In this document: piece by piece, positions 9,503 through 17,827 of the stretch | Numbering within the stretch: the stretch's first letter is position 1 | How the letters are laid out: every line of letters starts with the position of its first letter | Source of the DNA: Alphaproteobacteria bacterium | Lineage (GTDB): Bacteria > Pseudomonadota > Alphaproteobacteria > Rhizobiales > JAJFHR01 | DNA length: 64,000 nucleotides | Assembly (NCBI GenBank): GCA_024278055.1 | Contig: JAJRTY010000018.1 | Coordinates: 1,072 to 65,071 of the forward strand | Direction: 5' to 3' | Translations under genes and position numbers: made by a program | Notes under the pieces: model-generated | The model's database searches: none | What the model was told of the DNA's origin: nothing | What the model saw: the letters and a program-made list of their open reading frames with translations, nothing else

Positions 9503-10654
9503 ATGGCCCTTCATTTCAAACCTGACGAATTTAACGCCCGCGTCAACCGTGTCTGCACCACAATGGCTGATGAAGGTCTCGATGGTATGCTCATTTTTCA
9601 ACAGGAGAGCATGTATTATCTCACCGGCTATGACACCTTTGGCTTCTGCTTTTTTCAATGCCTGTATCTGTCAGCCGATGGCACCATGGCCCTGCTCACG
9701 CGCTCGGCTGATTACCGTCAGGCCCAACACACCTCCACCCTGGGCGATATCCGCATCTGGACAGACGAAGCCGGGGCAAGTCCGGTTGATCAACTCAAAC
9801 ATATGTTGCAGGATTTAGGCGCTCAAAACAATAATCTGGGCGTTGAGTACAACTCCTATGGCCTCACAGCACACTATGGCAAAGCCCTTGATCAAAGCCT
9901 CGAAGGCTTTTGTAAAACCAAAGATGCGTCCACCCTGATTACCACCATAAGAGCGGTAAAAAGTGCCGCTGAGTTAACCTGTGTACGCCGCGCCGGAGAA
10001 CTTGGTGATGCAGCCTTGAGTGCTGCCACCGAGGTTACACATGCAGGGGCAGATGAAGGTTGTATTCTGGCTGCCATGCACAATGAGATTTTTAAAGGCG
10101 GTGGTGATTATGCCGCCAATGAGTTCATTATCGGCTCAGGCGAAGATGCGCTCCTGTGCCGCTACAAATCCGGTCGCCGCAAACTGGATTCACAAGACCA
10201 GTTGACCCTTGAATGGGCCGGTGTTCATCGTCACTACCATGCAGCTTTTATGCGCACGATTGTGATTGGCACACCAAATCAACAACACCTGAAAATGCAC
10301 GCCGCAGCCCTCGAGGCACTCAACGCATGTGAAGCCGCCATGACGCCCGGTCACAGCGCCGGAGATGTTTTCAGCGCGCACGCGCAAATCATGGACATGG
10401 CCGGTCTCAAAGCCCATCGGCTCAACGCCTGTGGTTATTCCCTGGGAGCAAAATTCACCCCCTCTTGGATGGATGCGCCGATGTTCTATGCCAATAATGA
10501 TTTTGAGATTGTGCCCGACATGGTGTTATTTGCCCATATGATCCTCATGGACAGCAACACCAATACAGCCATGACACTGGGGCGGTCCTACATCACCACA
10601 GACCACAAGCCCGAGCCTCTCTCATCGTGGCCACTGGACCTGATCGTCAAATAG
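9503..10654 (+). CDS. M24-family (creatinase/prolidase fold) hydrolase
   Basis: N-terminal creatinase-like domain (GLDGMLIFQQESMYYLTGYDT). The C-terminal part is consistent with a pita-bread fold. 383 aa. Confidence 0.7.
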   Translation: MALHFKPDEFNARVNRVCTTMADEGLDGMLIFQQESMYYLTGYDTFGFCFFQCLYLSADGTMALLTRSADYRQAQHTSTLGDIRIWTDEAGASPVDQLKHMLQDLGAQNNNLGVEYNSYGLTAHYGKALDQSLEGFCKTKDASTLITTIRAVKSAAELTCVRRAGELGDAALSAATEVTHAGADEGCILAAMHNEIFKGGGDYAANEFIIGSGEDALLCRYKSGRRKLDSQDQLTLEWAGVHRHYHAAFMRTIVIGTPNQQHLKMHAAALEALNACEAAMTPGHSAGDVFSAHAQIMDMAGLKAHRLNACGYSLGAKFTPSWMDAPMFYANNDFEIVPDMVLFAHMILMDSNTNTAMTLGRSYITTDHKPEPLSSWPLDLIVK

Positions 10655-10707
10655 CATTACTCCTTGGACAACAAATGCTTGAGTGATTCGTTTTCAGGAG
10701 ATCGCAA

Positions 10708-11832
10708 TTGCGCAATATACGCCTCATCGTGGTTCTTGTTGCCCTTGCCGTCACCCTTGGTGCCTGTTCCGGCAGCAGCCAGCCATTTGGCAAAGAACCA
10801 AAATTGTTCTCCACCAGATTGCTCAAAACCCCGCCTGCCATACAAATCGCCAGAATTAAAGGGCTGTCGACGGCAAATTCTCAAAGCCTGAGGCGTCAGT
10901 TCATCCGCGAAGCCCGCAAACGTGGCATGACGGCTGGAGCCGACAAAAAGGGGGAGGCTGCTGTCTTTGTCAAAGCAACCTTGAAAGTTGCCCCCTATGG
11001 CCAGGACACGGCGGTGGCTTACGTCTGGGATGTAAGTGATAAAAGGAAAAAACGGCTTTTGCGCGTGGCCGGGGAAGATGTTTCCAAAAACCCTCCAGGC
11101 GATCAAAACAACTCTCAACTGAGTGCCAAAACCATACAGCGCATCGCTGCTCACGCTTCGTCCGGTCTGGCGTCATGGCTTAGCCGGCAGGGTTATCGTA
11201 TTCGTGAAGTCAGCCTGCCGCCGCCCAGCGACGTGCGAAGTGCCAGTATCCTGCGCACCGAAGCCTCATCCGTTGCCGCGCGCCAATCAATTTCCCGCTC
11301 ACTTAACAATGCCTCCCGAAAGCCTCGCGCCCGCACAGCAAAATTGTCTGCCCCCCAGCTTGCCCAACCAGCCCTGGCACGTCCACACACCGGCAGTGTA
11401 CCGAACAGCAATACAAACGTTGCCACCGCACGCACCTTGGGGTCTGGTGAGCAAAAGAAACAACAAACCATGGTGCAGGTAGTGCCCGTGACAGGCGCAT
11501 CAGCCCAGGCCAATATTGAATTGACCCGGTACATCAAACGCGCCTTGCGCTCAAATGGCGTGCGCATTACCAACAAGCCTACCTCATCATCGTTGAAACT
11601 GGTGGGCATTGTCAAAATGGGCCCGATCAATCAACGCCAGCGGGTGATAGAAATCAACTGGAACCTCAACAATACATTTGGCAGGAGAATTGGCCTGGTC
11701 CAGCAGAAAAACAAGGTCGAGGCCGACCTGGTTGCCGGTTCATGGGGCCAGATCGCTATTGCCGCAACCCAGGCAGCTGCGGGAGATATTGCCGGAATTA
11801 TCCCCGACACCGTCCTCGTATCACAGCGCTGA
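10708..11832 (+). CDS. lipoprotein of unknown function with an internal two-domain duplication
   Basis: Signal peptide plus lipobox MRNIRLIVVLVALAVTLGAC. The N-terminal (about res 45-165) and C-terminal (about res 255-370) segments share a pattern (I..I.G.S...N..L...I...A...G), separated by a low-complexity S/A/R/P linker. Confidence 0.6.
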   Translation: MRNIRLIVVLVALAVTLGACSGSSQPFGKEPKLFSTRLLKTPPAIQIARIKGLSTANSQSLRRQFIREARKRGMTAGADKKGEAAVFVKATLKVAPYGQDTAVAYVWDVSDKRKKRLLRVAGEDVSKNPPGDQNNSQLSAKTIQRIAAHASSGLASWLSRQGYRIREVSLPPPSDVRSASILRTEASSVAARQSISRSLNNASRKPRARTAKLSAPQLAQPALARPHTGSVPNSNTNVATARTLGSGEQKKQQTMVQVVPVTGASAQANIELTRYIKRALRSNGVRITNKPTSSSLKLVGIVKMGPINQRQRVIEINWNLNNTFGRRIGLVQQKNKVEADLVAGSWGQIAIAATQAAAGDIAGIIPDTVLVSQR

Positions 11833-11960
11833 ATTTTCATTGTGTAAAAAAATATCCCCGTTTTAATTTTTAAGGCGCTGTTGGAGATTGCAAGCCTGCG
11901 GCAGGCTTGATAGAACACTTGGGCAAAACACCATGCATCAGGCACGAAAAGTATCATATA

Positions 11961-12893
11961 ATGAAACTAGTTTCCGGTAACAGCAATCCGGCTCTGGCTG
12001 AAGCCATCGCCACATACTTGAATGTGCCTTTGACAAAATGCGTTGTCCGCCGATTTGCCGACATGGAGATATTTGTCGAGATACAGGAAAATGTCCGCGG
12101 CGAAGATGTGTTCGTCATCCAGTCAACGTCATTTCCAGCCAACGACCATCTGATGGAACTGCTCATCCTGATAGATGCTGTGCGCCGCGCTTCCGGCCGT
12201 AGAATCACCGCTGTTATGCCGTATTTCGGCTACGCCCGCCAGGACAGAAAACCCGGACCGCGCACACCAATTTCTGCCAAGCTGGTGGCCAATCTGATTA
12301 CCCACGCTGGTGCTGACAGGGTGTTGACCCTCGATCTTCATGCCGGGCAAATTCAGGGGTTCTTTGACATCCCCACTGACAATCTGTTTGCCGCGCCGGT
12401 CATGATACGCGACATCGGTGATAAGTTTGACGCAAGTTCTTCCGTTGTCGTCTCCCCTGATGTGGGCGGTGTGGTCAGGGCCCGCGGCCTGGCAAAGCGC
12501 ATGGGCGCGCCCCTTGCCATCGTCGACAAACGCCGTGAGCGCGCCGGTGAATCGGAAGTCATGCACATCATTGGCGAGGTTGAGGGAAAATCCTGCATCA
12601 TGATTGATGACATCGTCGATTCCGGCGGCACCTTGTGCAATGCCGCCGACGCCTTGTTAGCCCAGGGTGCCACCGACGTTACCGCCTACATTACCCATGG
12701 TGTTTTATCCGGTGGTGCTGTTGCCCGCATCACGGCTTCAAAGCTGAAAAACCTCATCATCACCGATACCATCCAGGCAACAGAAGCCATACGCGTGTCA
12801 AAGAACATTCGCGTACTTTCCATCGCCCCCCTGATGGGTGAAGCCGTCGGCCGCACAGCGGCTGAAAAATCAGTCTCCAGCCTGTTCTACTAG
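11961..12893 (+). CDS. prs: ribose-phosphate pyrophosphokinase
   Basis: [41 protein letters not shown] and [10 protein letters not shown] motifs. Start taken at 11961. Confidence 0.95.
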   Translation: MKLVSGNSNPALAEAIATYLNVPLTKCVVRRFADMEIFVEIQENVRGEDVFVIQSTSFPANDHLMELLILIDAVRRASGRRITAVMPYFGYARQDRKPGPRTPISAKLVANLITHAGADRVLTLDLHAGQIQGFFDIPTDNLFAAPVMIRDIGDKFDASSSVVVSPDVGGVVRARGLAKRMGAPLAIVDKRRERAGESEVMHIIGEVEGKSCIMIDDIVDSGGTLCNAADALLAQGATDVTAYITHGVLSGGAVARITASKLKNLIITDTIQATEAIRVSKNIRVLSIAPLMGEAVGRTAAEKSVSSLFY

Positions 12894-13032
12894 GCTCAAG
12901 TCATTTTGATTGCCAAGTTACGCGCATAGCGTTATAAGCCCGCATTAAACAGGCGCTGATCCCCCCTGGAGGAGGCGCTGCAACTATCTAATAATCACCG
13001 GCACATGCCGGAATTTTCGGAGATTTAATACA

Positions 13033-13695
13033 ATGGCAGACATTATTGAACTGGAAGCCGCTGTGCGCGAACGGGTAGGCAAGGGGGCCGCCCGCGAAGC
13101 CCGCCGTCAAGGCCGCGTACCAGCCGTTATCTATGGTGACAAAAAAGATCCTGAGCCGATTTCACTTGAATACAAGGTTGTAAATAAGCAGGTGCAGACC
13201 GGCAACTTCCTCAATACGCTTTATATGCTTAACGTTGGTGGCACCAAAACCCGCGTTATTCCGCGTGATGTCCAGTTTGATCCGGTTCGTGATTTCCCCA
13301 TGCACGTGGATTTTCTCCGCCTTGCCAAAGGCGCAACGATCACCATTGAGGTTACCGTCAACTTCATCAACGAAGAAGAATGCCCCGGCCTCAAAATGGG
13401 CGGCGTACTCAACGTTGTGCGTTATGCAGTTGAAGTCACCTGTCCGGCTGATGCTATTCCTGAGCAATTTGATGCCGACCTCACCGGCCTTGAGCTTGGT
13501 GATTCCATTCATATTTCTGCCATCACCCTGCCCGACGGTGTGGAACCGACAATTACGGATCGTGACTTTACCGTCGCCACAATTGCCGCACCTGCCGGTC
13601 TTGACCGAGACGGCGCCGATGAAGAAGCCGCTGATGGTGAAGAAGTTGATGGCGAAGAAGCAGAAACAACTGATGAGGAAACCAGCGAAGAATAG
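13033..13695 (+). CDS. rplY: 50S ribosomal protein L25 / general stress protein Ctc
   Basis: RERVGKGAAREARRQGRVPAVIYG N-terminus with an acidic D/E-rich C-terminal tail. Conserved rplY-pth-ychF order. Confidence 0.9.
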   Translation: MADIIELEAAVRERVGKGAAREARRQGRVPAVIYGDKKDPEPISLEYKVVNKQVQTGNFLNTLYMLNVGGTKTRVIPRDVQFDPVRDFPMHVDFLRLAKGATITIEVTVNFINEEECPGLKMGGVLNVVRYAVEVTCPADAIPEQFDADLTGLELGDSIHISAITLPDGVEPTITDRDFTVATIAAPAGLDRDGADEEAADGEEVDGEEAETTDEETSEE

Positions 13696-13744
13696 CCTGA
13701 AAATCTGTTCTTCACCGGCTTTGCTCTAACTTGCGAGACGTATA

Positions 13745-14344
13745 ATGCTTTTGTTGGTCGGACTTGGCAATCCAGGTTCGAAATACAGCAACAACCGACA
13801 TAATATCGGTTTCATGGTGGCGGATGAAATAATCCGCCGCCATGGTTTCGGCCCTGCCCGACGCAAATTTCAGGGTGACATTTGCGAAGGCCGGATTGGT
13901 GCTGAAAAAGTGCTGGTTTTAAAACCGCATACGTTCATGAATGAATCAGGCCGCTCTGTCGGCGAGGCCGCACAATTCTACAAGCTCGCACCTGAGGACA
14001 TTGTAATTATCCATGATGAACTCGATCTTGAGGCCGGAAAGTTTCGCATGAAGGCCGGTGGCGGCACCGCCGGCAACAATGGCCTCAAGTCGCTTGTCAG
14101 GCACCTGGGGCCGGATTTTCGCCGCATGCGCATCGGCATCGGCCATCCCGGCAATCGTGGTGAAGTTCACAGTTATGTGCTCAAGGATTTCTCAAAGCTC
14201 GATCGCCAGTGGGTGGACCCGATGATTGACGCAATTGCTGAAAACATCCACTTGCTGGTGAGCGACAGCGATGCAACCTTCGCCAACAAGGTTCACTTGA
14301 CCCTGCACCCGCCAAAACCAAAGCCAGCGCGCGAAAACACTTAA
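13745..14344 (+). CDS. pth: peptidyl-tRNA hydrolase
   Basis: LLVGLGNPGSKYSNNRHNIGF and HDELDL motifs. Confidence 0.95.
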   Translation: MLLLVGLGNPGSKYSNNRHNIGFMVADEIIRRHGFGPARRKFQGDICEGRIGAEKVLVLKPHTFMNESGRSVGEAAQFYKLAPEDIVIIHDELDLEAGKFRMKAGGGTAGNNGLKSLVRHLGPDFRRMRIGIGHPGNRGEVHSYVLKDFSKLDRQWVDPMIDAIAENIHLLVSDSDATFANKVHLTLHPPKPKPARENT

Positions 14345-14364
14345 AAACAACAGGTACAAAACCC

Positions 14365-15462
14365 ATGGGTTTCAAATGTGGAATAGTCGGATTGCCCAAC
14401 GTCGGCAAATCAACACTTTTCAATGCGCTGACCAAAACAGCGGCAGCGCAGGCGGCAAACTTTCCCTCCTGCACCATCGAGCCCAACATCGGCGAAGTGC
14501 CGGTGCCCGATGCGCGGCTCTATGAAATCGCCCATATCGGCAAATCAAAGGAAATTATTCCAACGCGGCTTTCCTTCGTCGATATCGCCGGTCTGGTCAA
14601 AGGAGCGTCGAAAGGCGAAGGCCTCGGCAATCAGTTTTTAGGCAACATCCGCGAAGTAGACGCCATCGCCCACGTGCTGCGCTGTTTTGAAGACACTGAT
14701 ATTACCCACGTCGAAGGCCGTATTGACCCGGTGCAAGATGCGCTTACCGTTGAAACCGAATTGATGCTGGCGGATCTTGAAAGCCTCGAAAAGCGCGTGC
14801 CTACGCTGGAAAAGAAAATCAGGGGCCAGGACAAGGAAGCTGTAACCGCTCTCAAATTGATTGAACGTTGCCTGCCATTATTGCAGGACGGCAAAGCCGC
14901 GCGCACGCTTGAGGTAAGCGAAGATGAACAATCCGCCTTTAAAGCGCTCAACCTGCTGACTTCAAAACCTGTGCTCTATGTCTGCAATGTGGAAGAAGAG
15001 GCAAGCGAAACCGGTAATGAATTTTCAGCCCCGGTGGAGAAATTCGCGACTGAACAAGGTGCCGCCTGTGTCATCATCTCCGCCAACATCGAAGCCGAAA
15101 TCGCCCAGCTTGATGACGAAGACGCCAAAGAATATCTCGCTGATCTGGGCCTGGCCGAACCCGGCCTCGACCGCCTCATCCGCACCGGCTATGACTTGTT
15201 GCACCTGATCACCTACTTCACCGTCGGCCCCAAAGAAGCCCGCGCCTGGACCGTGCCGGTCAAAACCAAAGCGCCAAAAGCCGCCGGCGTCATCCACACC
15301 GATTTCGAAAAAGGCTTCATCCGCGCCGAAACCATAAGCTACAATGATTTCGTAACCTTGGGCGGCGAACAAGCCGCCAAGGAAGCCGGAAAAATGCGCC
15401 TTGAGGGCAAGGAATATGTGGTGGCAGATGGCGACATCATGCACTTCAGATTTGCCAATTAG
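14365..15462 (+). CDS. ychF: redox-regulated ATPase YchF
   Basis: GIVGLPNVGKSTLFNALT P-loop, FVDIAGLVKGAS, and a C-terminal TGS-like domain ending DGDIMHFRFN. Confidence 0.95.
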   Translation: MGFKCGIVGLPNVGKSTLFNALTKTAAAQAANFPSCTIEPNIGEVPVPDARLYEIAHIGKSKEIIPTRLSFVDIAGLVKGASKGEGLGNQFLGNIREVDAIAHVLRCFEDTDITHVEGRIDPVQDALTVETELMLADLESLEKRVPTLEKKIRGQDKEAVTALKLIERCLPLLQDGKAARTLEVSEDEQSAFKALNLLTSKPVLYVCNVEEEASETGNEFSAPVEKFATEQGAACVIISANIEAEIAQLDDEDAKEYLADLGLAEPGLDRLIRTGYDLLHLITYFTVGPKEARAWTVPVKTKAPKAAGVIHTDFEKGFIRAETISYNDFVTLGGEQAAKEAGKMRLEGKEYVVADGDIMHFRFAN

Positions 15463-15472
15463 GGAAGATAAG

Positions 15473-15591
15473 CACCCCTCATCCGTCAGCTCCGCTGCCA
15501 CCTTCTCAGCCAAGGGGAGAAGGGGGAAAAAACCGCCAAAAACCCGAAAAAATAGCCCTCTCCCCCGGCGAAAGAGGGTTGGGTGAGGGGG
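15473..15591. repeat. REP-like composite palindromic element (copy 1)
   Basis: CACCCCTCATCCGTCAGCTCCGCTGCCACCTTCTCAGCCAAGGGGAGAAGGGGG contains the hairpin CCTTCTC/GAGAAGG. A second unit, GCCCTCTCCCCCGGCGAAAGAGGGTTGGGTGAGGGGG, contains the hairpin CCCTCT/AGAGGG. A related copy lies at 31786-31850 in the opposite orientation. Confidence 0.65.
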
Positions 15592-15678
15592 AAAGCGGCA
15601 ACATCATCAAAACCTTCACCAAAACTCACTTCATATTGAATATGGATTTTAGCAACAAAATCCTGCTACAATCCCGCC

Positions 15679-15912
15679 ATGACTGAAACATACCTCAATG
15701 GAAAAATCACTGTAACGTCATTGGCGGCACCAACGGCAGATGATATGGGGAAGATTCAAGCTTTGTCACAGGAATACCGGCAGGCTTTGCTTGATGAGGC
15801 GCTTGCACTTGGTCACAGCGGCCCTTTAGGCAATAAAACGGTTGATGAAATCTGGGATTCCGCGCTGCAAAAAGCCAAAGCGAGGAAAGAAAACCCTCAA
15901 CATGCGCTATAG
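15679..15912 (+). CDS. putative ParD-like antitoxin (C-terminal region recognisable)
   Basis: ...QALSQEYRQALLDEALALGHSGPLGNKTVDEIWDSALQKAKARK resembles the C-terminal half of CC2985/ParD-type antitoxins. The N-terminal ribbon-helix-helix is not evident. It overlaps the downstream ParE-like ORF by 11 nt. Confidence 0.4.
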   Translation: MTETYLNGKITVTSLAAPTADDMGKIQALSQEYRQALLDEALALGHSGPLGNKTVDEIWDSALQKAKARKENPQHAL

Positions 15913-16081
15913 GCTTTCTTCGAAAGCTGAAAAAGACCTTGAGGATATCCTGATTGAAGGCATTCTCACCTTCGGGGAATTGCAAGCCTTAAAATACCAG
16001 GATTCATTCAAACGCACTTTTGACCTGTTAGCGCAAATGCCATCTCTCGGTCGCAAAAGCGGCGGAATACATTGTAATTGA
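15902..16081 (+). pseudogene. ParE/RelE-family toxin, apparently truncated (59 codons)
   Basis: MRYRLSSKAEKDLEDILIEGILTFGELQALKYQDSFKRTFDLLAQMPSLGRKS matches the N-terminal half of ParE toxins (M..YRLS..A..DL..I). The reading frame stops about 35-40 codons short of normal ParE length. Confidence 0.55.
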
Positions 16082-16136
16082 GACCATCATTTACGGGCCG
16101 ATTATTATCGATTTTTGGGGAGAAACCTGAGACATC

Positions 16137-16862
16137 ATGACCAAAAAACTCATCCAGTTCAAAGCCCTCACCATGGACTGCTACGGCACGCTGATTGATT
16201 GGGAGAGTGGTATCTGGGATGCGCTTCAGCCTCTGCTTCATTTCAACAGCCGCCGTGATATTACGCGCCGGGCAGCCCTTGAAGCATACGCAACTATTGA
16301 AAGCCTTCAGCAGGCTGAAACACCGGATATGATTTATCCGCAGATACTGGAGAAGGTTCATTTAACTTTCGCCCGGAAATTCAACCTTGAAACAACACCT
16401 GAACTCAATGCAGCTTTTGGCAACTCAGTGCCGCATTGGCCCGCCTTCCCCGATGCCGCAGATGCCCTGCGCCGGTTGCAACAACATTTCAAACTGGTGA
16501 TCGTCTCCAACATCGACAATCAGAGTTTTGCCGCCTCTAACAAAAAACTCGGTGTCACCTTTGATGCAATCTACACAGCGCAAGACATGAGCGCCTATAA
16601 GCCTGCCCCCGCCAATTTTGATTTCATGCTGGAAAAGCTGAAGGTTGACCATAACCTTTCACCCGGCGATATCCTGCACACCGCCCAAAGCCTGTTTCAT
16701 GATCATGTACCGGCCAAAAACATTGGTCTTGCCTGTGCCTGGATTGACCGGCAAAACTTAAGCACCAGCGAAAACTGGGGCGCGACCGCTCGGGTAGCTC
16801 TACGCCCTGAAGTCGACTTCACCTTCCCAACCATGCAAGCACTGGCAGAGGCGGTTGATTAA
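16137..16862 (+). CDS. HAD-superfamily hydrolase (haloacid dehalogenase type II-like)
   Basis: LTMDCYGTLIDWE (DxYGT nucleophile motif), VIVSNID and AYKPAPANF motifs. Confidence 0.7.
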   Translation: MTKKLIQFKALTMDCYGTLIDWESGIWDALQPLLHFNSRRDITRRAALEAYATIESLQQAETPDMIYPQILEKVHLTFARKFNLETTPELNAAFGNSVPHWPAFPDAADALRRLQQHFKLVIVSNIDNQSFAASNKKLGVTFDAIYTAQDMSAYKPAPANFDFMLEKLKVDHNLSPGDILHTAQSLFHDHVPAKNIGLACAWIDRQNLSTSENWGATARVALRPEVDFTFPTMQALAEAVD

Positions 16863-17752
16863 ACTATCACCGCCGTGGTCCAGGCTGGATCACTGTGTTT
16901 TGTCCAGTAAAGCTCGGTCAGTTTTTTTGTAATTGCCCCCGGCGTACTCTCGCCAATCTTGACATTGTCAATCTCGGCAATAGCAACAATTCCCCCGGCG
17001 GTTGAGGTGACAAACACTTCATCCGCTGATTTTAACGCCCCCTCCGAAACCTCTGTCTCCCGCGTCTCTACGCCCAGTTCGGCGCACAGATCCAGCGCGG
17101 TTTGCCGGGTAATCCCTTTGATGACGCCGGTTGCCGGCGTGGTCACTGCACCGTTTTTTACCGCAAAGATATTAAACCCCGGCCCTTCGGTAATATTGCC
17201 CCTGCCATCGCCAAGAAAAACATTCTCCTTGCCCGCGTCATAGGCCTCATGCAGGCCCTGAACCAGATCAAGCCAGTGATAGTTCTTCACCGTCGGATCA
17301 ATGGATGACGGTGGAATACGCGTAACCGAGGCTATGTGAACACGAAGGCCGCGCGCACGTTGCTGCTCATCGGCAATCCAGCCAAAGGGAATAACAAAGA
17401 CGAAGAAATTATTGACCGCATCGCGCGGATCACGCGAAAAGGTCGGTGACACCCCGCGCGTCAGCACCATTTCCACATAGGCATCTTCCAGCCCGCTGCG
17501 CACGACACAACGGTGCAGGATATCCTCAAGCCCGTCACGGTCAAAGGGCAGCTCCATTCTTAGTTTGGAAACACTGGCCGTAAACCGGTCAAGATGATGA
17601 TCCAGCCGGAAAAACCTGTTCTTCCACACATGCACCACATCGTAAGTGGCATCTGACCGCAGCAACCCCCAGTCAAGCACCGAGATTTTCGCTTCAGAAA
17701 TCGGTACAAACTCACCGTCTATATAGGCAATCCCGGGGGGAAAATCAGTCAT
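16859..17752 (-). CDS. class IV (branched-chain / D-amino-acid) aminotransferase
   Basis: YIDGEFVPISEAKISVLDWGLLRSDATYDV and ITEGPGFNIF motifs. The ORF is open up to 18082, but the conserved domain starts at ATG 17752. The extension would overlap the divergent gene. Confidence 0.8.
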   Translation of the reverse strand: MTDFPPGIAYIDGEFVPISEAKISVLDWGLLRSDATYDVVHVWKNRFFRLDHHLDRFTASVSKLRMELPFDRDGLEDILHRCVVRSGLEDAYVEMVLTRGVSPTFSRDPRDAVNNFFVFVIPFGWIADEQQRARGLRVHIASVTRIPPSSIDPTVKNYHWLDLVQGLHEAYDAGKENVFLGDGRGNITEGPGFNIFAVKNGAVTTPATGVIKGITRQTALDLCAELGVETRETEVSEGALKSADEVFVTSTAGGIVAIAEIDNVKIGESTPGAITKKLTELYWTKHSDPAWTTAVIV

Positions 17753-17827
17753 GATAAAAAACCCTTGCAACAATTCTGTTTTATCGTCGACACTAGGGGA
17801 AAACAGGCCGAGAAAGCAACCCGCACC

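Noticed and set aside
11907-11930. Hairpin CAAGCCTG-CGG-CAGGCTTG upstream of prs as a terminator or riboswitch element
   Set aside because: No T-tract follows it, and I recognise no conserved riboswitch motif. It may just be a small stem in the prs leader.
12998-13020. Hairpin CCGGCA-CA-TGCCGG followed by AATTTT downstream of prs as an intrinsic terminator
   Set aside because: The stem is only 6 bp with a 2-nt loop, and the T-tract is short and interrupted. That is too weak to call.
15636-15672. Possible leaderless promoter for the ParD-like gene (TTGAAT ... TACAAT ending 6 nt before the ATG)
   Set aside because: The spacing between the candidate -35 and -10 hexamers is about 25 nt, far from the 16-18 nt optimum. 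It is not supportable without a transcription start-site map.
16040-16135. Recovering the missing ParE C-terminus by a +1 frameshift (YIVIETIIYGPIIIDFWGET)
   Set aside because: Its resemblance to the ParE C-terminal strand pattern is too weak to assert by eye. I kept it only as a note within the toxin-antitoxin finding.
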